Positions 24,951-37,612 are shown, numbered from the stretch's first letter. The stretch is DNA of 64,000 nt from Eutreptiella sp. 'Long Island Sound 2002' (GCA_964036045.1 OZ038378.1:185504001-185568000); one strand, 5' to 3'. Program-made: numbers and translations. Notes: generated from the sequence alone by a model not told the origin.

Positions 24951-25265
24951 CACGGCCTTGTCTAAGCACGGGGTAGGCGTTGAACCGCCGTTTTGAGGAA
25001 AGTTTGGGACCGCTGTTTTTGTGGTCCAGAATGGAGGATTGGGTGTTTGTAGAGCGTTTGTACAGGGAAAGAGGGGCTCATTCATGTTTGTGATGGTGCA
25101 TTCTGTTCATAACAACATTGTACTACACATTGCAACCCCATGCTGCTTGTTCTGATGTGATTTTCAGCCATGGCTAACAATGTTATTCCCGGTCTGGCTG
25201 TCACATGTGTCACGCGCATCCACGGCCTTGTCTAAGCACGGGGTGGGCGTTGAACCGCCGTTTTG
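24951..25265 (+). repeat. 45-bp direct repeat pair (24951-24995 and 25221-25265)
   Basis: CACGGCCTTGTCTAAGCACGGGGTRGGCGTTGAACCGCCGTTTTG, one mismatch between copies. Confidence 0.95.
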
Positions 25266-26647
25266 GTCTGACTTCTGGGACCGCGGCCGTGCTTGCGCAA
25301 GGGGGGGGGGGGGTACATCTTCCCGGGAAGCCCTGACTTGCCGCAGCAGCAGCAAACCATGCACTGAGGTGTGCGTACAATGTTTTCGGGCTGCCGTTTG
25401 CAGTTGCAGTGAAGCCCTGGTGGTCCGCCTTTTGAGCGTGAGCCGAAGCGCAAAGTACGGGTCAAGCTCCGAGCAGCGCCTCCAGGTCAAGGTCAAAAGG
25501 AGAGGGGAGACTTGAAGAGGGGGAGGGATGTGGGTTCCGTGTTGGTGTCGACGTGTGTCTCTGGCCCGAAGGGAAAGGAAGTGAATGGCCATATCCACAG
25601 CCTCGTTGAAGGCACAAGGGGAAGCGCACGGAGCCCCCCCCCCTGAAGAAAGTAGGGATTCTCGTGTCGAAGGTGGATGATTGTAGTGGCTCACGGCGGA
25701 TATTTGGTCGATCGAGGGTGCTCCCTGGGTCTGGCTTTTCCTGCGATTGTGGAAGGGGCGGATGGGAGCGTATGATTTCCCTCTCCTGCTGCACGGGATC
25801 GAAGGGCTCAACTCGGCTCAGCCCCCCACCCCCCAGGTCTTATCCCTGACATAAGAATCTAAGCACTGGACAGCAGTTGCATCACACGGTGCCCAACGAG
25901 CCTTTATTATGGAACACCCCCAGGGCTAGACCATGGGCTCGGGTTTCGTTGGAACCGCCGCCTGGCACCTGGCACCACTGCGTGGACACCAGGGAAGCAC
26001 GTGGCCATGGGTTCCTTTCTCTGGCAATGCTAACCCTCACCCTGACCTATCAGGGGTTTCAGTCATTATATACCAGCAGCAGATCAGTGCCCCAATATCA
26101 GTACCCCGACATCAGTGCCCCTGCATCAGTTCCAGTGTAGACAACGGCTTCTTTTCCAACAATTTTTGGAATAATGGGTTTTATTCGGAATAGAAGTGGA
26201 TGTCAGCTGTCTTGCTAGCGCTGTTCCTCATGTAGCTCTGCACTGTTCCTAAGCTATTCCTAAAAATCCTTACACTGTTCCTACACTGTTTCTATGTACA
26301 TTTTGGTGTACCCGTCATGCTGACCTTGTGTGCATTGTGATACAGGGGGGCACAGTGCATTTGAATCATAGTGCTCTGTGTCATCTGTGGGTCCAGGATG
26401 CATTCTCTACCATGACATGTCTCATCATGCGTGTACCAAGTGTAAAGAAATCTTTGCACTGTTCCTACGATGGTTGAAACAGCGCTAACAAGACAGCTGA
26501 CGCATGTATTAATTGTGGTGTGGCATAAGTTGGTGGTTCAGAAAGGTATTTTTTCTATTCTGCATGTCCGGGCTGTTTGAACAGGTGCGTGCACCAGCCC
26601 CCAAGCGGTCTTTTTTCGCGTACAGTTTGATGATTTGGGTGTTCACC

Positions 26648-26721
26648 TTATTGGAATCCAGGACCAGGGTCTCGAGCTGGGGGGGGGCACTTTATTGGAA
26701 TCCAGGACCAGGGTCTCGAGC
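26648..26721 (+). repeat. 30-bp direct repeat, each copy followed by a G-tract
   Basis: TTATTGGAATCCAGGACCAGGGTCTCGAGC at 26648 and 26692. Confidence 0.95.
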
Positions 26722-29700
26722 GGGGGGGGGGGGGTTACATTTTCATTTCTGAAGGGGTATTTGCACTGCCCGTTACATGACATCTGGAGTACACACTGCT
26801 GGTGGCAAAGGGTCCAGATTCCAGCCTCGGTTGAAGGGATGCTATCCACAACAACTGTCATGATGGATGGGTTGCTAGCTTCATGGAAGCGTCCACGGGA
26901 TCACTCCAGTCATCGCTGCACCCATGATCAGCACATCATCATGAGCAGCACAGAACTGCGCAGCTGAACGTTGCCTTGAAATGGGGTACAAAAGAAAGTC
27001 AGCCCTGCAGGGAGCAAGCAAAGTATACCATCCCATGGGAAGCAGAAGGACAAGCCCGAGTATTATGGTAGCCAAGGTTCGGCGGTTTGTGGACCTGATT
27101 CCCCCCTTCTCCCATCCCTCTGGCCCTGTGCTACATTTCCTGCGTCAGTGCTAGTGAACACCCTCCAGACTTGACTGTCACGGGAATGGCTGAATGTGAA
27201 GCATGCCGGCGGCGGCATGGGATGGACACCAACGGGCAGAAGCAGCCTTTGTGAGCAGAGGGACAACTGTCCCGTTCTCACCGAAAAAAAATTCCCCACT
27301 GGTGGCTGCGGACAAGCAAAGTAGACAATTCCTGAAAACCCCAAACCAGTGTGTATACCCGTTGGTACCAACCGGCATGTCTTCTCATTTTTGCATGCCC
27401 ATCTGCAGAGCACGCCCCCCCCGCCCCCGCCCCCACCCTTCAATCTCTGCCCTCACCCTCACTGCTGTTCCGAGTGGCTTGCGGAGCTCGATTGGATAGA
27501 AGCGTCTCTGGCGGAGACGTGGGTTCTGAAGGGGTACACGCAAGTCTCTCGTGGAGCTTGCACTGACCTTCAAAGGCTTTGCTGGGCGCCCCCTGCCACA
27601 AGCCCTGCAAGCCAAGTATACGGGAACCGGCATGTTCCTTCAGAAAAGGTATGCTTGTTGAGGCTCGCCTCTCAATAACCACTGGCACCAACCTGAGGAC
27701 CAAGAGGGCACGACTGAGGGGAAAGTGCGTGGGGTGTCGATCATAGGCTGCAGGCAGGAACTGGGCTCCGGCATCCTCTGTTCCAAATTTTGATTCCGCC
27801 CCCCCCTCCCCCCAGGTCCCCTCTACTACTGCCTTCCCGGCACCCCGTGGCGGGCAAAGAGGGGTGTGCAGGGGTTGCATCGAGCGCCTCCCATGTGCTG
27901 TGGGCATTTGAGAAGGAAGAGGTATTGCATCGACGATTGGAGGTATTGGTCGGGGTGGTGGTGAGATCTGCAAGAAGTGTTGGTTCAGGACCTTATGACG
28001 TACAATTTGACCAAGCTGGCTTGCCTTCTGCTGTGGACTCCTGTTCCCAGTTCTGTTTGAGAGGGTGGTTGACAGACAGACGGGGATGGGGGCATCTGAG
28101 TGGCAGAATAGATGTCGCTGACTTCCATGTTAAAACCGTTGAGATCCTGATTTGTGGCCCCCCTTGCCCTTGCGTAAGTACGGCTACTTACCCCGTCTGA
28201 CTGTTTTCTTTCTGGCCGCAACTTTTGTGGTCCACATGGCGCATAACATTATTCTGCCTGAGATTGCAACCTACTTCTCTTTGTTCCGACGTGACCGTCA
28301 GCAAATGGTGTTGCAATCGCTTTGAATCCCCCCAAGCACCGCTTGCCTGCGGATCGTGCATAAGCACGGCGTTGTCCAAGCCTGACACCCCTGTCTGACC
28401 ATCAGTTTCCCTAACTTCGGCCATGCTTTCACATTGCTAGACATTGCTTTTGGTTCGTTCTATTTGACAGAGGGAGAAGAGAGAGGGTGGGAAAGGGATG
28501 ATGGAGGGATGGCGGGTGGGGCAGAGGTCCGCAGCTTCCTTTCTGCCACTATTTTGTCCACGCCACGTCAGAATCTAAGACCCCCTTGGGGTCGGAGGTT
28601 CATGTCCAGATTTTATGACAGCACTGCAGCAGGCGAAACATGCTGGTTTGGCTGGCGGCCATTGTACTCCTTTCTCTTGCACCGACGCACATCCCCTTTT
28701 GGTTGGGCACAGGATGGCCTGAAAACTCATGGAAAATGTGTACCGCAGTGACGTGTGTGCCTTCTGTTCAAGCATAAAGCAAGGAGTCTGGGATCGGTTC
28801 ATGCCATTTTGTTAATATTGTTCACTGGTAGCTCTTGGCCTGTGCATATTTTGGGCTGGTTGGTGGTTTCGAGGTTGGTTATGGAAGGAAAGCATATCGA
28901 GGAGCGTAGCCCATGGGCCAGGTGGCACATGTCCTCCCCAAGGCTTTCCACATGGATGACGAGCGCAGAAGGACTGCCATCCAGCCAGTAGAGCAAGAGG
29001 CTCCCCCTGATACTGCTAAGGCGTGCTCACCGGCCGCTTGCCCACGGCTGTTTTCCGGGCATGCTATTCGTGCTCTAGTTCCAGCTGTGCCGGAATCTTA
29101 TAGGATTTCACGCCCACATCCAAACACGCATGGCGCTTCAGCTCGGTGGTTCAGGAACCAACGGAACTACATACAACTCCTCTTCTGGAGGATCTGATTG
29201 CTGTTTTTCAAACAAAGAGTCCATTTTCAGGGGATGTCAAGACACAAACACATCCTCCCCCCTAGATGTGGCCAACAACGGCTCCGATGATGGGGCCTTG
29301 CTGTGCCAGCTGGAGGTGACCGCCAGGGACCAGGGCATAGCCATTGTCTCTGTCCCCTCCAAGGGGGGCTGCAAACATGGGGTTAGCGTCATATCCACAA
29401 CTAGGTCAGACCTCGGGGGTGGAGGTGGTTGTTTGGTCCAACCTGGCGGTGGAGGTTGTGGGTGCAACAGTAGAGGGGTGGGTAACGCCCCCCCCTTTGC
29501 ATGCGGTGTGTGAATCTGCTGTAGCAACTGCACTACACCAGGTAGCACCACCATTTGTGCTGGGGCCAGGATGGGGGGGAGGGGCTGCTGGCGATGAAGT
29601 CTGCTTGGCCTACGGCGTGTGCAGCACTGGACTCTTGTTGTGCCGTTGGGCGTGACCAACCCAAACTTTTGGAGATACAACAGCGCGCTGTTGGTCATCA

Positions 29701-31309
29701 GCATGCACTGCTGCCATGCTAGGAGGGAGTACTATACGCACTGCGTGCACGGGGTGCGCGCAGTGCAGGTGATCCCCCTAGGTGTGGGCTGGAGCTCTAC
29801 TGTGCTTTGTGGGCTGGACCCTGCAGGGTGTGCTTTGCCCTTTGGCCCTTGGAGAATGATGCTCTGCTTCTTTCCTTGTACGTTTTGAGGGTGCTTCCAA
29901 TAAAATTACCATGACAACTAGTGCTGTGTGCCACAATCCCCCATGGGCACTGTGTGCCCTAGTGGCATCCAATACCCCGTGCCCCTCCATCTGAAGGCAA
30001 GACTGGCAGTGAGGCAGCACACTCCATGGAGTACCAAGGGGACATGATGGCTACAAAGGAAACTGCACCTACACCTGGCCAACTTATACCATCACCCCCG
30101 CCGAAAATGCTTCAAAATGGTCTTGTCGCTGTCCGCGTGGTTCACTGGTGGACCTGTCCATGAGCTCCCACAACGTCGAGGTCCTTCCCTGCTGCCTGGC
30201 TTTCGACAACTCCCGCAACGCCACAGACTGCAGCCAAAGGTATTGCACTGCAGCATGGGTACTCTGATGTTGGTGTAAGGATGGGAATTGAGTATGAAGT
30301 CCTCAGTGCGCACTGCATAGCATGAAAAATTGGGGGGTCCAAAAAGGCTGAATTTGTGCACATTGCAGACAACAAGCCCCACGAAGTGCTGCTATCCACA
30401 TATGTTCCCTAAGGGGTTGTGTTGAGAGTGTATATGTAATGTATATGTACACACAGGACAATCAACACTCAATCAACAAGCAAGGAGTGTGCAGCATGGA
30501 GAGGTCCTCCGCACCATGCACCAGAGCGACACTACCATTGTCGTGTTGCGGCTTTCGGCAGTCTGTGTTGTGCTTGGAGATGAGCGTTGAGATCTTTTGC
30601 CACATTGGGTGGTGGTGCACAATAATGCAGCTCAAAGCTCACAAAGGCTCACGAAATTAATTATGAGAAGTGGATGTAGGTGCAGACCTTTGCTTAAGGG
30701 TAGTCCTACCCCACGGGGAGGGGGGGGGGTGGGTGGGTGGGTCTGTGGCCTGTGGGTGGGTGGGTTATTTTGGTTTCGGGCAATTTGGCCCAGGGGGGGG
30801 GGGGGGTAGGGTCTGGGTGGGTGGGTGGGTGGGTGGGTGGGTGGTTACTGAGAGAATGGTCCGACAGCCTTTGTTTGTGCAGGAGAATACAATTTTCACT
30901 GAGAGAACAGTGGTAACAAGTGGCAAAATTATCCAGTTTGATGCCAGTGGGTTTTGAACTGATGCTGCGCCATGTTGAAAGCGAAGCGATCTACCACTAG
31001 GGTATTTGCCCATCTGCCGAACAACGGTTCAACGATGGCATAGTGACTGAATGACACAATTTTTTTTGGGTAAATACACAGGGTTTTTGTGTTACCAGCT
31101 GATTCTTACAGCACAGGACCCCCCCCCCCCCTATGGGGGGGGTAGGGGGGGGTCTGGGTGGGTGGGTGGGCTGCCTGGTCCTGAGGCAGCCCCACAGGGA
31201 CCCCCCGCCCCGCCCCCCCCCGTTGCTAAGCAAAGGTCTGTGTAGGTGTCGATGGGATCACAATGTCTGCCTGCTCACTTAGCACACCATGGTGTTGTGC
31301 GATGTAGGT

Positions 31310-31450
31310 GGTGTGGTGTGGTGTGGTGTGGTGTGGTGTGGTGTGGTGTGGTGTGGTGTGGTGTGGTGTGGTGTGGGGTGGTGTGGTGTGGGGTGGGGTG
31401 GGGTGGGCGCGCTGGTGCCGGGTGGTGTGGGGTGTGGGGTGTGGGGTGTG
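31310..31450. repeat. (GGTGT)n pentamer satellite decaying into (GGGGT)n
   Basis: Visible array. Confidence 0.95.
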
Positions 31451-32621
31451 GGGTTCATTAGGATTGTGTCTTGGGAAAGGCACAGCCTGCGGACATGCCC
31501 GGAGAAGAGCAGACAAGCAAAGGTGCAGTATCAGGGTAACAACATGTGGACTGGGATCCAAAGCCATGCCCAGGGAGAGGACAGGCAAGCTGCCTGCGAA
31601 TCAACCTTCTCCACTAATCCACCAATCCACCACACCACACCATACCACCCCACGTGCTTGCTTGTAGGCTACAAGACCGGAGCCAGCGCATGCAAACATA
31701 GCCTACACCGAGCCACACTCCTGGCGAGTGCATGTGTGTAGGCTCCGGGGCTGACGCAGGTGTGAACTGTCATGAGCCGCACCGCTGTTCAGTGCTTGCC
31801 TACAGGCTGCACAACCTAGGCCACACTGCGAGCAAGTGCTTCTCGGGAGGCGACAGGGCTGATGGTGGCCAGGAGCGTTGTGAAGCCGTTTGCTGGGTGC
31901 TTGCAAACCATAGTTGCTGTTACCAACTGCCCTGTCTACCATCTCAATGCTGCTGTTGCTGGCCTCCGCTGTTGTGGTCGACCTCACAGTGGCTATGTTC
32001 TGCACAAAACTCCTGCTGCGCTCGAACCCTTTGAACCCATGCGGTGACAGTACCTATCTATCCCCCACTGCCGGGGTGCACTCCCCCAATTGGCCATCAC
32101 CAACAGCTGCTGGCACCTTTTCATTCAGGATTAGCAGTTCAGAGTGCCCTTCCAGGTGCAGGCGTGTAAGCACTGCTCCATCTAACTGTACCACCTGTAC
32201 ACAGAGTACAGTACTGGCACTGTCAGCATGGACTGTCGTCTCGATGAATACTTGCGGCTCATCCTCCAGGCTACAGGCCAGCACCCGCAATGCTCGCCCA
32301 TTCTGCAATGGCCCATGATCTTCACCGTGCATTTCCACCCCTGCAATTTCACCCCTCTCCCACACCCGCACATTGTTGTTGGGCCGGTTTCAGTGAATGA
32401 ATGTTGGTCCCACACGCGCTAGACACCCACACCACTCCTGCAGTACTGATTGGTAGAACCCCCCTGCCCTGCCATTGATCCCGGGAGCTACGGTGCATGC
32501 ATTCATGCACTGGGGTCTGCGAATATTATGTGAAGTGTAGTTTCTGTACGCGCTTGTGCCTCAGTCTGTATGGCGAGGATGCCTGCCCCCGGTCTTTTTA
32601 TGATTTTCGCCTTTTTTGTTC

Positions 32622-32646
32622 GCTTCCTTAGTGTCTATTTTTTTCG
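32622..32646 (+). other. Near-complete spliced-leader relic
   Basis: GCTTCCTTAGTGTCTATTTTTTTCG versus the recalled euglenid SL ACTTTCTGAGTGTCTATTTTTTTTCG. It ends 30 nt before the ATG at 32677 and follows a pyrimidine tract. Confidence 0.85.
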
Positions 32647-32676
32647 CTATCCCGCATTGGGGTCAAGCCATTTGAC

Positions 32677-35600
32677 ATGGGGCTGCCACTGCGGAGGGTG
32701 TGGTGGCTATGTATGGCAGTTTTGCTTTCTACATGCCAAAGTCAAGTATCGGATATCTCTTCATATGTAGTGGCTCACAACAAGAGACGGTGCCTTCATG
32801 ATGTCCGCGGCCTAATATGGTCAAGTGGGGTCGCAACATCGGCACAACGGCATGCAAGCAAGTGCCTATTCCAGCACACAGCCAACCCCGTCTATGGCGA
32901 GAACCTTTGGGCTGGGTGGTATGATCCCTCTGCAGAAGAGGTGCTGAAAGGGTGGTATGACAATGAAATTGGCCTATACTCGTACAGCAGCCCTGGCTTC
33001 AGCAGCGCAACGGGGCATTTCACGCAAGTAGTTTGGAAATCAACAAGCGAATTAGGTTGTGGCATATGTGACGGTGGAGGCCTTACTTACCCCTATGTGG
33101 TGACATGTCAATACAACGGCTTTGGGAATGTTGGCGGACAGTTTGCCAGCAACGTCCTGCCAGTCAGCAGAACCCCTTCGCAGTGCACCAATATCAATTG
33201 TGGCACCCCAAGCCAAACGGGCTTCGACTTCACCGGCTGTACCAACACATTCCCTGGGGTTTGCAATCCAACGTGTCGACCGGGTTACTGGAGCTATCCC
33301 TACGTGTCTGCCACATGTCTGCCTTCCGGAGAATGGGCGTATCAGGGCACTTGCACGGCCTTCACTTGTGGAAGTCCCAACCACCCCGACCCAAACGTGG
33401 ATTTGAGCACTTGTATGGACACCTCTGGTATGGCCTACGAGGGCACATGCCGCCCCACGTGCAAGCCCGGGTTTAGTGGGAGCCCCACCGCCGTGTGCGG
33501 TGTAGATGCCCAGTGGACGTATGGTGGTTCTTGTAGTGGAGGGGGGCCCACCCCATCCCCAAGCCCAAGCGCAGCCTCTGAATCCCCGAGCCCTAGCCCG
33601 TCTGCCAGCCCGGCCAGCCCGTCTGCCAGCCCATCCCCCAGCCCAAGCCCAGCCACCCCTTCTCCCAGCCCACCGTCAAGCCCTTCCCCAAGCCCTTCCC
33701 CAAGCTACCCTCCATCGCCGAAGGCCAGCCCCAGCCCCAGCCCCAGCCCTGCCAGCCCCAGCCCCAGCCCCAGCCCCAGCCCCCTCGTCAGCCCCAGCCC
33801 CAGCCCCATCCCAAGCCCCAGCGCAAGCCCCAGTCCCAGCCCAGTGGGCCCCCAACTCCCGTACACCGCTATCCCCGCGGTGGACGCGCCGCAGCTCAAC
33901 AACCCACTTGGCAAAATCGTCTACGGTCCCAAGACTATCGACCCCGACTGCCAGGGGGCATTTGGGGACATGGTGCCAGTGAAGTGCTGCACGCAGATGC
34001 CGCACACGGCAGCGGACTTCCGCGACCGAGGGCAGTGCACCGCGTACGATGCGAACTACGAGTTCTCCGGGTTCCTCATGAACTGTTCCGGCGGCAACTT
34101 CACGTGGGGCAACTGCGATGGCAACTGCGACTGCAATGTCACGAAGGTGGCCCCTGCGCGGTCGTGCATGCTGCTGGAGCACACGTACTTCACCTCCGCA
34201 TTCGTGCGGTTCTCAACGTGCGACGGGCAGTTCGCCCCCGCCCCAGGCCCCCAGGCCAGCAACCCCCAGGGCAGCATCATCGCGACCCCCGTGGGTGTCA
34301 ACCAGACCCTCGACCCGGACTGCGCGGCGGCTCCCGGGGCCACAGTCCCGGCGAAGTGCTGCCTGGTCACTGCCGGGGAAACGTGGCTCGATTTGAACGG
34401 TGTCGGGACCTGCGTCACGCCAGACCCCACCCTCCCGGGGCTGAATCTGGGCCTCACCTGCGCCAATGACGTGTTCCTGTTGGGCGACATGTGCAGCGAC
34501 GCCACCTGCGGCGCCTGCGCTGGCGTGCACCGCGTGCCCGGCCCCGCCTGCGTGGCCCTCACCGGCGTGACTGGCTACGCCCTCTTCGCGAAGCTCGAGT
34601 CGTGCCCCGGCACCTGCAGCCCCTTCGCCCCCACGTCTGCCGCGTGCCAACTGCTGACCGCCAACTCGCTCGCCAACCCCCAGTCGTTCTTTACGGAGCA
34701 GTTCACGGGGGCTGGCAGTGTCCCGGACGCCGTCCTGCAGTCGGTCCTGGCAAGCGTCAACACGACGATGGTGTACAGGGACCCGCTGACGGAGTCCGTG
34801 ATGGCGGTGCTTTCGGCGCAGGACCCGAGCACGACGCCGCTGCAGCGCAGCAACACGAGCACGTTCACGGCGGTGGTCCGGCCGCAGTCCGAGACGGAGG
34901 TCGTGGGCGTGTTCGCCAAGACCGACGCGCGCATCGGGGTCCCGATGCCGCAGCTGCTGATGACGGACGTGCTCCGCGTGGACCGCTTCGACGCCAGCCA
35001 GGCCTCGGTGACCGACCAGCCCTACACGTTCTCCGTGTACGTCCCCGACGTGCTCCACCTGGACGTCATGCGGTACCCCACCCGCGGCAGTGGCGGGCGG
35101 CGCAGCGTGGTCGCCGAGGGCGGCTCCGTCCTGCCGTGGGGCTCGGGCTGGTGGAACGTCACGGCCGTCGGGACGTCCCTGTTCGCCGGCGTCAACGCCG
35201 CCACCAACTTCTCCGTGGCGCTGTTCCCGGTCACGCGTGGGAGTGTGGCACGCGTGACCATCACCTTCCAGACCTCCGCCCCGGAGTTCATGGGCAACCA
35301 GATCGCCGTGGAGCTGCCGGACGGGTTTACGCCGCACCGCTGCGGCCAGGGCTTCACGGCGTGCGCCACGCAGAGCACCATCCTCCTGGTCGATACCAAT
35401 ACGACGGTGTCCCATCGGCTCGTCACCGATGGCCATGAGCTGTCGCTGCAGCTCGACGCCAACTTGACCATCAACGGCTCCGTCCAGTTCACCTTCACGA
35501 ACGTCCTCCTGCCGAACCACTGCGACGAGGCCGAGTACTCGCTGCGGGGCCAGTCCTGCTCCTTCGACGCGTGGGGGGCGAAGTCCTGCGAGGCACGGCC

Positions 35601-35784
35601 CATGGTGCGGCGGGTGAGCTACAAGCCTCCGTTGCCCACGGACGCCGTGTTCAACGACGGCGTGCCCCAAGGCTGCGACGTCTGCAGCGCGTGCAAGGCC
35701 CACCCGGCGGGCCACTGGGAATGCGAGCACGATGGCCTCCGGTTCTTGTCTCCCAATCCTGGCAATGGCGTCTGCATGGCTTAG
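32677..35784 (+). CDS. Secreted CAP/SCP (PR-1-like) protein with two Sushi-like modules, a Ser-Pro repeat linker and two Cys-rich repeats; intronless, 1035 aa
   Basis: Hydrophobic signal-like N-terminus; CAP motifs HNKRR, YGENL, TGHFTQVVW and CQY..FGN. Two C..P...C...C.P.C.PG....C...W...C modules, (SP)n, and duplicated T.DPDC......VP.KCC units. No obvious C-terminal TM. Confidence 0.93.
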   Translation: MGLPLRRVWWLCMAVLLSTCQSQVSDISSYVVAHNKRRCLHDVRGLIWSSGVATSAQRHASKCLFQHTANPVYGENLWAGWYDPSAEEVLKGWYDNEIGLYSYSSPGFSSATGHFTQVVWKSTSELGCGICDGGGLTYPYVVTCQYNGFGNVGGQFASNVLPVSRTPSQCTNINCGTPSQTGFDFTGCTNTFPGVCNPTCRPGYWSYPYVSATCLPSGEWAYQGTCTAFTCGSPNHPDPNVDLSTCMDTSGMAYEGTCRPTCKPGFSGSPTAVCGVDAQWTYGGSCSGGGPTPSPSPSAASESPSPSPSASPASPSASPSPSPSPATPSPSPPSSPSPSPSPSYPPSPKASPSPSPSPASPSPSPSPSPLVSPSPSPIPSPSASPSPSPVGPQLPYTAIPAVDAPQLNNPLGKIVYGPKTIDPDCQGAFGDMVPVKCCTQMPHTAADFRDRGQCTAYDANYEFSGFLMNCSGGNFTWGNCDGNCDCNVTKVAPARSCMLLEHTYFTSAFVRFSTCDGQFAPAPGPQASNPQGSIIATPVGVNQTLDPDCAAAPGATVPAKCCLVTAGETWLDLNGVGTCVTPDPTLPGLNLGLTCANDVFLLGDMCSDATCGACAGVHRVPGPACVALTGVTGYALFAKLESCPGTCSPFAPTSAACQLLTANSLANPQSFFTEQFTGAGSVPDAVLQSVLASVNTTMVYRDPLTESVMAVLSAQDPSTTPLQRSNTSTFTAVVRPQSETEVVGVFAKTDARIGVPMPQLLMTDVLRVDRFDASQASVTDQPYTFSVYVPDVLHLDVMRYPTRGSGGRRSVVAEGGSVLPWGSGWWNVTAVGTSLFAGVNAATNFSVALFPVTRGSVARVTITFQTSAPEFMGNQIAVELPDGFTPHRCGQGFTACATQSTILLVDTNTTVSHRLVTDGHELSLQLDANLTINGSVQFTFTNVLLPNHCDEAEYSLRGQSCSFDAWGAKSCEARPMVRRVSYKPPLPTDAVFNDGVPQGCDVCSACKAHPAGHWECEHDGLRFLSPNPGNGVCMA

Positions 35785-37568
35785 GCCTTGGATTATGCGT
35801 GGAGGCTGTCACAGCAGCAGACGAGGGTGCGGATAAGGGGCTATGACTAGTATGCGGGCCTTTGTATTCTATGTATTGCCCCCACCGACACCCCAGCCTG
35901 CGCCCTGGGTTGTCCCATTAAAAACACTTTTGCCTGGTGAAACGCGGGTTTTTTTGTGCATACCACCCGCGCTTCCCCAAGAATATCGCCTTTATCCTTT
36001 TCCAGCTCATTCATGACCAATACTATTTAACACCCAGAGGGTAAAAATATATGTGCTGTGTCGACTTGCACTTGTGCAATGGGGCCATTAGAGTGCACTG
36101 AAGGCCAGCACGGGATGTTTGAAGGCCAGCTCAATGTGTGTTTCTGTTTCCTCTTCTGCGAGGTCACCCCCTGTCAGGGGTTGCCCCTCGCTAGGGCACA
36201 CTGCTGTGCATTCCTCGCACCTCTGCGGTGCGAGTGGCAAATGATGTGCGGTAGGCCTCATCACACTGTGTACTGCCGTGCTCCTGCTCGGAACGCCTTT
36301 GTTACAGATTGCAGGCTGCCCCATGCAACAGCTCTTGTTCAAAAAGAATTTTAAGGGGGCCCAGTCTTGAGCTGACGCCCGTCTGCATACCTGGGATCGA
36401 GATCAACGTCACATCTCTTCCGGAAGCATTTGTACTTACTTCCATGTCGCGTTGCATGGTTGAGCAGGATCGAGGCCAGAACTATGAGTGCCCTGTTTCA
36501 TCAAAATGGTTTTTTCGACTTTTTTCGTGAGAGTTACGCTGAGTCTGTATACGTGAATCCGCATTTTGCTGTGATGATTGGATTGATGAGATTGATTATT
36601 GAATTGCCTGAATAGACCAACTCTGGCTCTGTGGAGAGCAAACACGTAAAACAGGTGGTTGGGGCAACACAGGCTTCACCCATGGTAGTTGCACACTATA
36701 TGTGTATCTAATGTCCTGTGATCTTTGACTTACCCACACAAGCATGTTGCAGACTCTCACCCTATGTGTATGTGATGTCTCATGACCTTTTATTTAACCT
36801 CTGATATTTGCTGTGTGTTGGGCTTGAGCTGGTTACTACTGAGACCTCTATTGGACTGGAATGCATTGATGCTTGTGTTGTGAGCTGTTCACCATTCTAC
36901 CTGAACCTCTGTACCTTTTTACGGGGTGGGATGGTTGCTGTTCAGTGGCAGGGAGTGGTGCGGTGTAGTGTAGTGTTATGTTATGTAGTGTTGTGTATTT
37001 TCATGTACTGTGTTGTACTGTTTTGTAGTGCCTTGCAGTGCAGTGCAGTGTGGTGATCTCCATCATGTCCTCCTGTCCCGGAATGGCCCACTGAATGACC
37101 ATCTGTGCTGCCTGCGCAGGGCTCAATCCTCTTCCACGGGTGATTTGCAGCATTCCTAATCTGCCCACATGTGCGGCCCCTCCCTCTCCATGTTCTCAAA
37201 GAAAGGGCTCCAGAACCTCCACCCCGTGAGCACCACTTACCATGTATTAAATAAAATTCACATATCATACCCACATACCCAGAAGGTGCGCCCTAGTCGA
37301 GAAGCCCTTGCAAGCCCACGACTAAGCACGGTGGTAGACCACCTGCAGGGGGTCACCCGTGAGGCAGGTTGAGGCAGGAGGGGGGGGGGGGCTGGAAAAA
37401 AATTTGCGTGTTTTTTTTGTCCCCCCCCCCCTCCGGGGGTACCCCCCGAAAAAAAAGCTGTACGCCGGTACCAGGAATTTTTTCTACCCCCCCCCCCTAG
37501 GTTGAGGTAGCGGTGTGCCTTAGGCTAATCACAAAACCCGCCATGCCTGTAACACCCCTTGCCTGGTC

Positions 37569-37612
37569 AACTACATGTTCCCCACAAGCAAACTACATGT
37601 TCCCCACAAGCA
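37569..37612 (+). repeat. Perfect 22-bp tandem duplication
   Basis: AACTACATGTTCCCCACAAGCA twice. Confidence 0.95.

Noticed and set aside
34213-35730. 505-aa antisense ORF, and similar ORFs at 18136-19098 and 21573-22133
   Set aside because: Shadow frames of GC3-rich or low-complexity sense genes.
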